From: a virus
Lineage: Duplodnaviria; Caudoviricetes
Strand: one strand, 5' to 3'
Length of the DNA: 39,641 nt
Virus record (IMG/VR): IMGVR_UViG_3300037601_000137
Span: 1 to 39,641 of that record
In this document: positions 25,666-35,348 of the stretch, piece after piece
Position numbering within the stretch: position 1 is the first letter of the stretch
Layout: each line of letters starts with the position of its first letter
Position numbers and translations under genes: made by a program
The notes under the pieces: generated by a model
Databases searched by the model: none
The model's input: the letters and a program-made list of their open reading frames with translations, nothing else
Told to the model about the DNA's origin: nothing

Positions 25666-28197
25666 CTAGACTTTCGCTAGTTTAAAAAGGAATGTACCGC
25701 GACCGCCGCGCCCGTCGGCCCGCCGCGCCTTCTGTGTCATTTCGAGCCGACCGGCGTCGACGAGCGTCTGAAGCAACTCGTCCAGTTCGCGGCTCGACCG
25801 AACCTCTTTCATGAACCGATTGACGAGCGTCCGGCGCTCGACCCACTTTCCGGCCTTCTTCTCCATATAGGCGATCACTCGTTCGATGATTTGCGCGCTG
25901 CGACCGGCATTCATCCGCGCTTGCGCTTCGGCGACCGTCCGGCGGGTTGACCAGTCGACGAACCGGCAGGCCCACCGCATCTGATCCGCGTCTATGGTGA
26001 TCCGGCGCCCGTCGAGTTCCGGGTCGACCAGGTCAGCGACGGCGAGAATGGTCGCAATGCGAAGGGCGATTTCAGCCGACCGGGCGTAGAAGTTCTGACA
26101 GTCTGGCGAGACAGCCCGGACGCCGTCGGCGCACCATCGCATATAACGCTGATACATTTCGACGGCTTCCCGGTTGGCGAACACTCGTTCGGGATCGGTC
26201 GAGAACGTCCCGATATTCGCCCGCATCGAATGGGGCATGTCTGACGACAGCGTCACGTCGCGGCGCTTGTGAATGCGCTTCAGGCCGTCAACAATCGCCT
26301 GTGGCGGCTTCGATATGCTTTCGACGTCACCGTCGCCCATCATCCGCGCGGCCAGGTCTTCCTCTGCCTTGCGCTGTAGGGCGACGTTTTCGTCGGGCTC
26401 GTCATAGAGCGTGAGCCACCTGTTGAAGAAGCCGCCTTCGACGCTGTCTTCGGTCAATGCCGAATAGAACTTGCCCGGCGTCGCGGCGGCATAGATCGAC
26501 AGGTTCGGCGCTTGAATGTCGACCGCCGACGTCGCCGCCATCGCCTGGGTCTTGTAGAGTTTGAAGCCGACCGAAAACAGTTCCTTCAGAACCCGCATCT
26601 TCGACCGCTCGGCACCGGATGCGTTATAGGCCGTCATCTTCGTGAGCGTGTCCGCGAACTCATCGGTCACGCAAAGGATATTCGGCTTGTCTTTCAGTTC
26701 GTTTTCCAGAACGCTTCCGGCGGTCCAGGTCGACGGCCCTAGCAGGTTGAACAGGCCGCACGCTTCCAACAGGTCGGCAGGCGCGCCGAGTGGCCGGTTC
26801 TTGCCCGTGCCCGATCCGGCGAGGCACAGAACGAACAGGTTTGTTGATCCCTCGCGCGGCGTCTCATACTGGCGACCGATCACGACGGCGATTGTCGACA
26901 GGGCGGCGCCGAGCGCGAGACATGGGAGCGGCTTCGGCGCGCCGTCGCAAATCCACTCGCTGATTTTCGAGACGAGCCAATTCGGCGGCATTTCACGCCA
27001 CTTCGACAGACCGGCATCGGCCCCGAACTCGTCGAAGATCGGGGCATCGTTCCCGACGTCGTCTTCGGCGATTGGCGCGTCGAGTTCGGCGGCATCTTCC
27101 CGGCGCTGCTGATTTGCGATCATGCTCGACACGTCGACGACGATCCCGCCTGTGTCTTCGTCATCGGCGACGGGCTGGAAATTGTGCGTCGGCGCGAGTT
27201 CGATAGCCGGCTCTTCGCCATGAAGCGTCTTGTGCAGCCATGTGAACGCGCCGTCGAAGTCGACCCCCTTCGTCATCATGACCAGGTCTATAGGGCTGAA
27301 GCGCTCGTTCGATCCCCAATCGGAGATCCCCGACGGCTGTATCGACAGGTTTTTCTTCCGCTGATGCACCGGGCGCCCGGATGACGATTCCCGCGCCGTG
27401 TTCACGGCCTGATAGCCGCGCCGGGCGCGTTCGAGCCCGTATAGGTCCAGTTCCGGAACCCATAGGTCGAGATTATCCAGCGCCGCCCGGTTGAGTTCCG
27501 CGAACGGCGTATCGAGCCACCCGGCGTTGCCCGTCTCGATAAATTCCTTCCGCCGCGGCTGATGAATATCGAACTCGTTCCAGCCGAGCGACTGAAGCGT
27601 TTCTTCGAGAACTTCGACGTCTTCGACTGTCAGTTCGGGCAGGTCGTCGACCGGAACCGGCCCGCGTGTCCAGACATAGGCCGACCGCGTGATCGGATGA
27701 ATGGAAGGCGGGACGACCGTTTGCCGCGTATCCTGGCCGGTCAGGATTTCGCATAGGGACTCACGCCCGTTTCGGTCATACTTCCGGGTCCGAAGCCGGG
27801 CGTCGCCGCGATAGAACAGCGTCAGACCCTTCTGCCCCTTCTTCGCCATCGGCGAGTGCGGCAGCGCGCCTAGAATTTCCTCGATTTCGTCGAAGTCTTC
27901 CGCGTCAATATCGACCGCCACGACCTTATGATCGCCGACCGTCGATCCGCAGACGATCCCGACGTTCGCGCCGGTCCAGTCTTTCCAGACCTGCCACTCG
28001 AAGCCGGTCGGTTGCCGGTCGCGAAACCGTGTCCAGTCGGTCATCGGTCGCCACTCGCCGCGCGAGATTTCGCCCGGATATTTCTTTTCCGGCGCGAGCG
28101 GAACGACGTGGAAGCCGAGCCCGACCAGGTCTTGCGCGGCTGCGTTGAATGGCGACCCCTTGTCGCCGGTCGCATCCGCTTTCTTGTTCGTCATCAT
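25666..28197 (-). CDS. Bifunctional primase-polymerase fused to a helicase-like (DUF3987-type) domain
   Basis: NVGI.CG...VAVDID, QTVVPPSIHP.T...Y.W; GSGTGKN Walker A, DEF, GFFNRW. Confidence 0.9.
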   Translation of the reverse strand: MMTNKKADATGDKGSPFNAAAQDLVGLGFHVVPLAPEKKYPGEISRGEWRPMTDWTRFRDRQPTGFEWQVWKDWTGANVGIVCGSTVGDHKVVAVDIDAEDFDEIEEILGALPHSPMAKKGQKGLTLFYRGDARLRTRKYDRNGRESLCEILTGQDTRQTVVPPSIHPITRSAYVWTRGPVPVDDLPELTVEDVEVLEETLQSLGWNEFDIHQPRRKEFIETGNAGWLDTPFAELNRAALDNLDLWVPELDLYGLERARRGYQAVNTARESSSGRPVHQRKKNLSIQPSGISDWGSNERFSPIDLVMMTKGVDFDGAFTWLHKTLHGEEPAIELAPTHNFQPVADDEDTGGIVVDVSSMIANQQRREDAAELDAPIAEDDVGNDAPIFDEFGADAGLSKWREMPPNWLVSKISEWICDGAPKPLPCLALGAALSTIAVVIGRQYETPREGSTNLFVLCLAGSGTGKNRPLGAPADLLEACGLFNLLGPSTWTAGSVLENELKDKPNILCVTDEFADTLTKMTAYNASGAERSKMRVLKELFSVGFKLYKTQAMAATSAVDIQAPNLSIYAAATPGKFYSALTEDSVEGGFFNRWLTLYDEPDENVALQRKAEEDLAARMMGDGDVESISKPPQAIVDGLKRIHKRRDVTLSSDMPHSMRANIGTFSTDPERVFANREAVEMYQRYMRWCADGVRAVSPDCQNFYARSAEIALRIATILAVADLVDPELDGRRITIDADQMRWACRFVDWSTRRTVAEAQARMNAGRSAQIIERVIAYMEKKAGKWVERRTLVNRFMKEVRSSRELDELLQTLVDAGRLEMTQKARRADGRGGRGTFLFKLAKV

Positions 28198-28213
28198 AGA
28201 AGCCCCGTGTGTG

Positions 28214-28624
28214 TTAGAATGGCGGCGCCTGAAGCGCGGCTTGCCGCCGAAGTTCGATCCGGTATTCGCTCACCATCACCCGGCAGAACTCTTTCCATTG
28301 GTCCGGCGTCAGCGTGGCCATGCCGGTTTTTCCGATCTTGACCAGGTACGCCCCCGCCGCCCGTCCGCCAGCCTTCACCGCGTCGCTCTCCCAATGTGTG
28401 AAGCCGGACGGCTCACGGTCGAGCCACACCTTCGCCACTTCGGCGCAACGCGGATCGTTACAGACGGCATACTTCCCGACCCGAACCGGGCCTGTCTCGG
28501 CGTCGCAGACCGCGCACGAAAGCGGCTGTCGACACTTCGGCGGGTTCGGGTCGGAAATGTTCCACGACAGACCGCAAGCCGTGCACGACATTTCGTCCGA
28601 ATACTGTTTCGCCTGACAGGTCAT
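28214..28624 (-). CDS. Cys-rich conserved phage protein (DUF6511-like)
   Basis: CxxC pairs; E..AV..GG.AAG.YL..IGKT....L...QW..F; ends in APPF. Confidence 0.7.
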   Translation of the reverse strand: MTCQAKQYSDEMSCTACGLSWNISDPNPPKCRQPLSCAVCDAETGPVRVGKYAVCNDPRCAEVAKVWLDREPSGFTHWESDAVKAGGRAAGAYLVKIGKTGMATLTPDQWKEFCRVMVSEYRIELRRQAALQAPPF

Positions 28625-28863
28625 TCTTCCCATCCATGCTCGAAGCGCTCGACCCGATCCCGCGCCCTTGTTAGCGCCTCGATCACCGCGTCAATTGCGT
28701 CTATACTGAAGGGTAGCGACTCGAACTCGACACTCCCCGTCATATTCTCGCCCGGCTGTTTCGATACGCTAATCGCAAAATCGACGTGATCGCCACCGGC
28801 CAGCGTTTTGACAGTAGTCACAAACGACAGCGTTCTCACTTCGTCTTTAAACTCAGAACTCAT
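28621..28863 (-). CDS. Hypothetical protein (MSSEFKDE...)
   Basis: Overlap-coupled to its neighbours; GAGGGG RBS. Confidence 0.6.
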   Translation of the reverse strand: MSSEFKDEVRTLSFVTTVKTLAGGDHVDFAISVSKQPGENMTGSVEFESLPFSIDAIDAVIEALTRARDRVERFEHGWEE

Positions 28864-29252
28864 ACCGCTTCCCCTCGATATACCGCCCGAACCCTTCGAG
28901 CCGGTCACACATTTTTTGCCCTATGTCTAAATGACCGTTGGCGGTCAGATACCCGGCGGCGAAGTCGCACACCTTCCGCATCTTCGCGAACTCTTCCCGA
29001 ACTTCTTCGGCGTCGATCCACAGTCGACCGTCGTCCGTCTGCGATTGATCCGCACCCGCCGCTTCGTGCAGTTCCAGCATGTAATAAAAAGCGGCGTAGA
29101 CCCAATTCGGAAGCAGCGGAACATTTTCGGGCCGGGGTAACCAATCGGCCCCGTAACGTTCTACAGCCAATAATTCGGTCGTTCCTCTCCGGGTCGAAGA
29201 TCAGAGTATATTTGCCGTCGCCGACGGTGACGCGCTTCTTATCCGAACTCAT
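28853..29252 (-). pseudogene. Probable frameshifted phage gene (VTVGDGKYT...RYG.DW type)
   Basis: MSSDKKRVTVGDGKYTLIFDP in one frame continues as RGTTELLAVERYGADW in the +1 frame near 29190. Confidence 0.55.
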
Positions 29253-29433
29253 ATCTATTCGCTCCCATACGCCGGACGCCCGGCTGAACACTGTTGTCGG
29301 CGAGCCATTGCTCGACGAACTCCTGAACCTCAGCTTCCCGCGCGCGCTTTTCGTTTAGCGCGTCGGTCGACCGGCGGTATTTGTAGGGCGTTGGCGCGTA
29401 CTGGACCCGCCGCCCTTCGCTATCCTTCAGCAT
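29239..29433 (-). CDS. Hypothetical protein (64 aa)
   Basis: Overlap-coupled ORF in the early operon. Confidence 0.5.
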   Translation of the reverse strand: MLKDSEGRRVQYAPTPYKYRRSTDALNEKRAREAEVQEFVEQWLADNSVQPGVRRMGANRYEFG

Positions 29434-29854
29434 TGGGGGCGTCCTTTAGGGTGCCGAGCAACTCCGCTGCGCGCTTGGTGTGCTTCTGCTTGATTGTTCC
29501 CATACCGTGCGACGGCCGTTCAGGGTCGTTGTTCAGGTGTTGCGCGCCGTCGGTTTGCAGTTTGTGCCAGGCGTCCGCCATCGGTTGCAGTGCTTCCTGT
29601 AGGGCGCGGATGGTGGCGGCCTTTGCGTCACGCTCTGCCTTGATGGCGGGGAAAGCGAGACGGAGGGCTTGCCCAAATTCTTCCCGGACCGTGACGAACA
29701 CCTCGCCTTCCGGTGTGTCCAGAAAAGTGCTCAGCTTGAACCCGGCAACGAAATGTGAGCCATCCTCAGCGCCACAAAAGGCACGGCGGGCGGCGAGAAC
29801 ATCACTCCACTGTTCATCCAGCGCCTCCAGCTTCTCCCAGTCTACTTCAGTCAT
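29420..29854 (-). CDS. Hypothetical protein (MTEVDWEK...AATIRALQE...)
   Basis: AAGGAG RBS; start re-called. Confidence 0.7.
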   Translation of the reverse strand: MTEVDWEKLEALDEQWSDVLAARRAFCGAEDGSHFVAGFKLSTFLDTPEGEVFVTVREEFGQALRLAFPAIKAERDAKAATIRALQEALQPMADAWHKLQTDGAQHLNNDPERPSHGMGTIKQKHTKRAAELLGTLKDAPNAEG

Positions 29855-30005
29855 GGCTTTGCTCCTTGCTGTCTGGCCAGAGGCCAAACCATCCATTCAT
29901 CAGCCGCCAAAATTTCCAACCTTGCTGGCTTTCTGAAATCTCATCTCCCACGCGCTCCATTTCTTCCTTGAAGCGTTGCTTGTCATCAGGTGTCAGGGGT
30001 GGCAT
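29847..30005 (-). CDS. Hypothetical protein (52 aa, MPPLTPDDK...SKEQSHD)
   Basis: Manual translation; AAGGAG RBS; fills the gap between neighbours. Confidence 0.6.
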   Translation of the reverse strand: MPPLTPDDKQRFKEEMERVGDEISESQQGWKFWRLMNGWFGLWPDSKEQSHD

Positions 30006-30402
30006 GGCTTTGCTCCTTTAGGGCTGCGCGGTTTTGGATGAACTCATCGTGCGCATTGTTGACAACGCTTTCGGCGTACACGTTTGCGCGCTCGTAGCTG
30101 TATCCCTCGCAGTCTTTTGAATAGATGATCGCGTTTATCCACTGCTTACGGAAGTGATCCCTTTCCTCCCTCAGCCCCTCATTCTCTTCCTGTAGGGCGC
30201 GGATGGTGGCGGCCTGTGTGTCAAACCTAGCTTTTATGCGGGCCTTCATCGCCTGTGCGTCAGGGCAATTCCTATTTTCTATATCGGCGCCCAAAATGGT
30301 GGTGAAGTCCCCATTTCCACCCGTTAGAATATCGATGTCTTGAGTGGCCTTTTCGTATCCATCTCTATGGCCGATGTCGTATTCGTGATCTACTTCAGTC
30401 AT
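29986..30402 (-). CDS. Hypothetical protein (MTEVDHEY...AATIRALQE...)
   Basis: GAGGG RBS; overlaps the helicase stop. Confidence 0.7.
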   Translation of the reverse strand: MTEVDHEYDIGHRDGYEKATQDIDILTGGNGDFTTILGADIENRNCPDAQAMKARIKARFDTQAATIRALQEENEGLREERDHFRKQWINAIIYSKDCEGYSYERANVYAESVVNNAHDEFIQNRAALKEQSHATPDT

Positions 30403-32104
30403 TTGCACATCCCTCTTCTTCCAGTTGTTCGGCGTCGGAATAACGCCGGTTCTTGATTTCCCGATACTTGCCGGTCGTGTCGATCTGGATTTCGTCCGGC
30501 CTGCGAAGTTCTTCGAAGCGTTGCGCGGCTTCCCAGCATGTCGCTGGCACGGGCTCTTGCCCGCCGAGATCACGCCAGAACTTGACGGCCTTTCCGCGCG
30601 CGTTCGGATGCTCGAACGGGACGAACTCTTTATCGACCATCACGCCGACGATGTAATCGACTCGCAGCGTCGGTATTGCGTCCGGCTTGTATTTGTTCCG
30701 CCAGACGTAGCCGCGCCACTCGTTCACCCGAAACCATATGTCGTCATACTGCCGAGACAGAACGGGCAGGGCTTCGGGCGTGTCCGCATGTTTCGGCTCG
30801 CCGAACTCGAAGCCGCAGAACTTGCATTTCCGCGCGTTCGCGGCGACCAGTTCTTCGCACTCCGGGCATTCCTTCGCCTGGACGTCGTCGACCTCGACCC
30901 GGCCCGGCTCTTCGTCGCTTCCCTCGCGCTTCTTCTTATCCTCGACCGCGACCACGTCCACGGGACCATGACGGCGGACATTGCCCGCATAGTCGAGAAC
31001 GAGGCAGTTCGGCTTGCGGCTGGCAGCGATGGCCGCGCAACGCTCTTCGGCGGTCGCGAATTGATTCAGGTTCACGCCGTCGACCCGCGTCCCGCGACCC
31101 ATCATCTGCACATAGAGCGACGTCGAAAGCGTCGGTCGAAGCATGGCGAGAAGATCGACGTTCGGCGCGTCGAACCCGGTCGTCAGAACGTTTGCGTTCG
31201 TCAGCGCCCGAATGTTCCCGGCCTTGAACTCGCGTAGGATACGGGCGCGCTCGTCTTTCGGCGTCTTGCCGGTGACGGTTTGCGCGGTAACTCCCCGATC
31301 CCGAAGCGAGCGGGCGACCTCGATAGCGTGATCAATGCCGGTGCAGAAGACGAGCCACGACCGGCGATCTTTCCCGCGCTCGACCAGGTCGTCGCAAGCG
31401 GCCTCGACAATGTCGCGATTGTTCGCGGCATCCTGCAACGCCTTGGCGATAAACTCGCCGCCGCGCTTCTTCACGCCCTGAACGTCAATCTCGACCTGCC
31501 CGGCCTTTGCCGTGAGCGGGCAGAGCCACCCGTCTTCGGTCGCCTCGCCTATGCCGTAGTGATAGACGACTTCGTCAAACAGCGATCCTTCGGCGGTCGT
31601 CAGGTTCCCGCTGTCGGTGCGGTATGGCGTGGCGGTCAGGCCGACGACCCGAAGCCCCGGATATTGCGCGCGAAGCCCGTCGATGAACTGTCGATACATG
31701 CCTTCCGACTTGTGCGGGATCAGGTGCGCTTCGTCGACAATGATACAATGGCGAACGCCGAAGACTTCCGCCTTGCTGTATACGGATTGAATGGAAGCGA
31801 ACACGATTGACTTGTGAACGTCGCGCTTGTTCAGGCCCGCCGAGTAGACGCCGACCGGCGCTTCAGGCCAGACGCGAAGCAGTTGCAGGAAATTCTGCTG
31901 AACGAGTTCGCGAACGTGAACGAGCATCATGATGCGAACGTCGGGCGACGCCTTACGAAGACGCTTGCACAGTTCCGCGACGACGACCGACTTTCCGAGC
32001 CCGGTCGCCAGGTCGATCAGTGGCGACCCGCCGCCGTTTCGCCAGAACTCGAACGTCGCGGTCAATGCGCCGTCCTGATATGGTCGAAGTGAAAAGCCGC
32101 TCAT
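30395..32104 (-). CDS. SF2 DEAH helicase, RadD/YejH-like, with zinc finger
   Basis: LRPYQ, TGLGKS, DEAH, GLTATPYR, VLTTGFDAP, QM.GRG.R, CPEC...C.FC. Confidence 0.95.
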   Translation of the reverse strand: MSGFSLRPYQDGALTATFEFWRNGGGSPLIDLATGLGKSVVVAELCKRLRKASPDVRIMMLVHVRELVQQNFLQLLRVWPEAPVGVYSAGLNKRDVHKSIVFASIQSVYSKAEVFGVRHCIIVDEAHLIPHKSEGMYRQFIDGLRAQYPGLRVVGLTATPYRTDSGNLTTAEGSLFDEVVYHYGIGEATEDGWLCPLTAKAGQVEIDVQGVKKRGGEFIAKALQDAANNRDIVEAACDDLVERGKDRRSWLVFCTGIDHAIEVARSLRDRGVTAQTVTGKTPKDERARILREFKAGNIRALTNANVLTTGFDAPNVDLLAMLRPTLSTSLYVQMMGRGTRVDGVNLNQFATAEERCAAIAASRKPNCLVLDYAGNVRRHGPVDVVAVEDKKKREGSDEEPGRVEVDDVQAKECPECEELVAANARKCKFCGFEFGEPKHADTPEALPVLSRQYDDIWFRVNEWRGYVWRNKYKPDAIPTLRVDYIVGVMVDKEFVPFEHPNARGKAVKFWRDLGGQEPVPATCWEAAQRFEELRRPDEIQIDTTGKYREIKNRRYSDAEQLEEEGCAND

Positions 32105-32415
32105 CACTCCCCCCGCTCGATCACGTAGCGCTGCGTCTCGAACGTCGGGCAAGCGAAGCGGCCTTCGCCGTAGTGGTGCGCGTAAGCGAAGGTGAAGACG
32201 AACAAGCCGAGCGCGAAGAATGTGCAGACCGACGCGGCGCCCAAAACAACGGCACTAACCCGCTTCTTTTCCAGCCAATACGCGCCGGTTCCGATTGCGC
32301 CGATTCCGACTGTAAGAAGCGCGACCGTCACAGCCACCGCGACGACAGGTTCGAGCGCGCCCATAAGCGCCGGATCGCGCGCCCATTCCTTCGCGATACT
32401 GAACAAATTAATCAT
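32104..32415 (-). CDS. Small 2-TM membrane protein
   Basis: AGGGGG RBS; two hydrophobic segments; inserted between the nuclease and helicase genes. Confidence 0.65.
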   Translation of the reverse strand: MINLFSIAKEWARDPALMGALEPVVAVAVTVALLTVGIGAIGTGAYWLEKKRVSAVVLGAASVCTFFALGLFVFTFAYAHHYGEGRFACPTFETQRYVIERGE

Positions 32416-33370
32416 AGTAGCTTCCCCCTGCGGATTGTCTGACATTGTGAAAGGTTCGCCCGTCGGGCATGGCGTAGGAGACGCGACCGACCTCGCCGTC
32501 GGCGTCGAATTGGTCGCCTGGTACAATTGACGGATTAAACAGGTGATCGCCGCATCCGGCCTCTTGTTCTTCCCGGCTGCGCTCCTGGTTGTGACGCTCG
32601 CATAGCCACTTGCCGCCAGCGGTCGGCGTGATGTGCAGGCAGGTGCGGCAGTTCACTTCCGGAAGCGTCGTGCCGTGGCATCGGTCGGCGTGATCGCAGA
32701 ACCGGCAGGCGAAAAACGCCGGGTCGTCATTGATCCGTCCCGGCGGCGCTTCGGCCTGGACGATGCGCTCCGCCTTGCGTTCCAGTCGAACCGCTTTCGC
32801 GAAGTCGTATTCGATCCGCTCGCCGTGGCGCTCGTCGGTGTCTTTGTTGACGGCGAGATAGACGCCGCGCTCACGGCTGCGGAAGTGCATATAAATCTGC
32901 ATTTGCGCGTAATGTTCGGGCTTCGATTGCTCGACCCCTTTCGACATGACCGCGCGGAACGACTTCGCATTGTGCGACTTCATTTCCGCGACGTGCCAGG
33001 TCGCCGGGGCGTCGGGCAATCCAAGAATTTCCGCGTCGATATATCCGTATGCGTGACCGTAGGCGAACGACACGCCGATCTGCCGTTCCGGGTCTTCCGG
33101 ATCGCGGTCGACGACCTCGCAGCCGATCTTGCGAAGATCCTCGACGAAGCGCTCTTCGTGAATGTCGCCGGTCTGGAACAGGCGAAGCATTCGGCCATCA
33201 AAAGAGGGCGGCGGAGATACCCAGCGGAAGGAATACCATAGGCGGCGCTCGCATTCCTCGCCGAGTTTCGACGGCGGCAGGCGGTAGCCATGCCGGGGCG
33301 CGCGTTCGGCCTCATATGCGGCATCTATCGCTTGCAGGGTTTTCAGTTGAAGTTGAGGCAAAGGGGCCAC
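32408..33370 (-). CDS. Cas4-like PD-(D/E)xK exonuclease
   Basis: C.R.LWY, G..HE, GYID, E.K, Y.Q.Q.YM and CxxC....C cluster cysteines. Confidence 0.85.
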   Translation of the reverse strand: MAPLPQLQLKTLQAIDAAYEAERAPRHGYRLPPSKLGEECERRLWYSFRWVSPPPSFDGRMLRLFQTGDIHEERFVEDLRKIGCEVVDRDPEDPERQIGVSFAYGHAYGYIDAEILGLPDAPATWHVAEMKSHNAKSFRAVMSKGVEQSKPEHYAQMQIYMHFRSRERGVYLAVNKDTDERHGERIEYDFAKAVRLERKAERIVQAEAPPGRINDDPAFFACRFCDHADRCHGTTLPEVNCRTCLHITPTAGGKWLCERHNQERSREEQEAGCGDHLFNPSIVPGDQFDADGEVGRVSYAMPDGRTFHNVRQSAGGSYYD

Positions 33371-33416
33371 GGTCGCACCTTTCCAGGTCCGTTAGAGTGT
33401 GTGTGTTGTGAGAAGT

Positions 33417-33461
33417 GCCCGGCGGGGTGGTCTAGGGGGACGTGTGAGCCCCCCGCCGGGC
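33417..33461. other. GC-rich intergenic hairpin
   Basis: gcccggcgggg ... ccccgccgggc between the SSB and nuclease genes. Confidence 0.5.
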
Positions 33462-33469
33462 GTCGGCGC

Positions 33470-34021
33470 CTAGCCGTTCTGTTCCCAAGGCAGCCCACCT
33501 GCGCCGCTGGCAGGCGGGGCAGGTGGGCTGCCTTGGGCAGGCTGGCCACCGCTGGGATTGGTGGCGTGCTGAGACGGCGCCGAGTTCTGATAGTTCGGGT
33601 TCACCGGCGGTTGCGGGTTCTGATAGGGCGAAACGCTCTTCAGCTTGTTGCTGTCGCCCCACTGTTCGCTTTTCTCGATCTTCACGTCGGCGATAAACGG
33701 GATATTGTGAAGTTCGCGGCTGTCAGTGATCGACGGCGGACCGTTCACGGCCTTGACGATCTTCTTCAGCATGGCTTGCCCGATATTCTGGGCCGTCGCC
33801 TTCTGATGCTGAATGTTCAGGTATTCCCAAAACTGCCGCCCGGCGAACTCGCCTTCGTCGACCTTGATCGTCAGTTTGAGGATCGTTCCCGTTCCGGCCT
33901 TGTTCGGCGATACATCGCTGTCGGCGATCCGGACGACATATTTCCCCGCCGGGATGGCGTCAAAATCGTCATCGGGAAGATCGTTCACGTTGACGCCCTG
34001 GCCTCCAAAAAGACTAGCCAT
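33470..34021 (-). CDS. DUF669 family protein (putative SSB)
   Basis: F..IPAGKY, G.F.GR..W..LN; Pro/Gln tail ending in PW; follows the Sak4-like gene. Confidence 0.85.
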   Translation of the reverse strand: MASLFGGQGVNVNDLPDDDFDAIPAGKYVVRIADSDVSPNKAGTGTILKLTIKVDEGEFAGRQFWEYLNIQHQKATAQNIGQAMLKKIVKAVNGPPSITDSRELHNIPFIADVKIEKSEQWGDSNKLKSVSPYQNPQPPVNPNYQNSAPSQHATNPSGGQPAQGSPPAPPASGAGGLPWEQNG

Positions 34022-34032
34022 TGCAGCCCCTC

Positions 34033-34812
34033 CTATTCGCTTGCTTCAGTTGATTGCGCGGGCAGGAAACCGGCAATTGCCGAATATCCCTTGCCCTTGT
34101 CGTACTTGACGCGGTGCGGCATCCCGTAACGGTTTTTCGCGTTATAGGATGGCCGCGCTTCGGTATAAATCCACCGGAAGCCGCCGCCCTCGGCGCGCTT
34201 GACCTCTTTCCCGAAGCCGACGCTTTCCGCCTGAACGTTCAGGTCTTGATTGACGAACAGAATTGCGTCGACCTCGTCTTCGAACATCGCATGAACATGC
34301 TTGTTCAGACGAATATCGTATTTCGAATACGACGCGGCCTGCGGATCGTCGAAGCGACCGATCACGGAATGCGCAATGTAAATGACGTTCATCCCGCGCG
34401 CCGAGCGGAGCGCGTTGCAGCCATCAATGAAGTTGCGCATCGTATCGGCGGCGACGACGTACCCTTTCCCGTACCCGGCATCCTCGATATTCGCCCATTT
34501 GTTCTGCTTGCAGACGTGGCGTTGCGCGAGTGTTTCCAGGCGGTCGAGACTGTCGACGATCAACGTCTTGAAGTCGTGTTCTTGCGAATACAGCGCCGAC
34601 AGGGCTTCCATTACGGTTTCCCAATCGGTCAGTTCGTCGCCGAGCGTCGCGATTGCCAGCCCGGCGGGCACGCCGTGCTCAATGTCCATAATGACCGGCT
34701 TCGGGAACTCGGCGGCGAGCGACGTCTTACCCAATCCGGGCGGGCCATAGATAAGAACGCGCGGCGGCTTGTCCGCCTTCGTCGTCTTCAGGTTCTTGAT
34801 ATCGAATGCCAT
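34033..34812 (-). CDS. Sak4-like AAA ATPase/recombinase
   Basis: YGPPGLGKT, D.E.G, TLIVDSLD, GYGKGY, AH, AKNR. Confidence 0.85.
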   Translation of the reverse strand: MAFDIKNLKTTKADKPPRVLIYGPPGLGKTSLAAEFPKPVIMDIEHGVPAGLAIATLGDELTDWETVMEALSALYSQEHDFKTLIVDSLDRLETLAQRHVCKQNKWANIEDAGYGKGYVVAADTMRNFIDGCNALRSARGMNVIYIAHSVIGRFDDPQAASYSKYDIRLNKHVHAMFEDEVDAILFVNQDLNVQAESVGFGKEVKRAEGGGFRWIYTEARPSYNAKNRYGMPHRVKYDKGKGYSAIAGFLPAQSTEASE

Positions 34813-35348
34813 TATTTGGCTTCCTCTTCTTCAGTTTCAGGGGGTTGCAGGGTTTCTAATAGCCATCCGCCGAAGGCCCCGCTTTCCTTGGACGGACGAA
34901 ATTGCGCGGTCAGTTCTTGCGCTGACACGATGGCGATATGGGCGCGGTCGCCGTGCTGATCTGACCAGGCCGCCGCGACCGCCGTAACGTGCCGGTCGTC
35001 TTCGATCACACCTTCCGCGACCAGCAAGTCGAGAACAGGCTTTATACGGTTGTCTATGTCGGCGACCTTCGACCGCCGCTCGACATTCATAACCACGATG
35101 ACAGGCCCCGGAACGTGTTCCCACGCCTGACGCCGAAGCGCGACGCGAGCGGCCATCTTCCAATCGAGCAAGGCTCGCGACGCGAACCGTCCGCGCGCGC
35201 CCTTTTGGCCGTTCCGGTAGGCTTTGTTCAGGCTCGGCGGAACCGGCAGCCATAGATTAAGGGGCGCGCCAACTGATGACGGCGCCGACGCGCCCCCCAC
35301 ACACACACCCACGGGCCGGGCGGTTGCGGAAACTTGTTTCTTCGTCAT
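34812..35348 (-). CDS. rusA: RusA-like Holliday junction resolvase
   Basis: PPSLN..Y; DIDN..K...D.L...GVI.DD. Confidence 0.85.
   Translation of the reverse strand: MTKKQVSATARPVGVCVGGASAPSSVGAPLNLWLPVPPSLNKAYRNGQKGARGRFASRALLDWKMAARVALRRQAWEHVPGPVIVVMNVERRSKVADIDNRIKPVLDLLVAEGVIEDDRHVTAVAAAWSDQHGDRAHIAIVSAQELTAQFRPSKESGAFGGWLLETLQPPETEEEEAK

Noticed and set aside
35293-35312. Short (CA)n/(TG)n runs here and near 33397 and 28207 as phase-variation tracts
   Set aside because: Too short, and reading frames are intact
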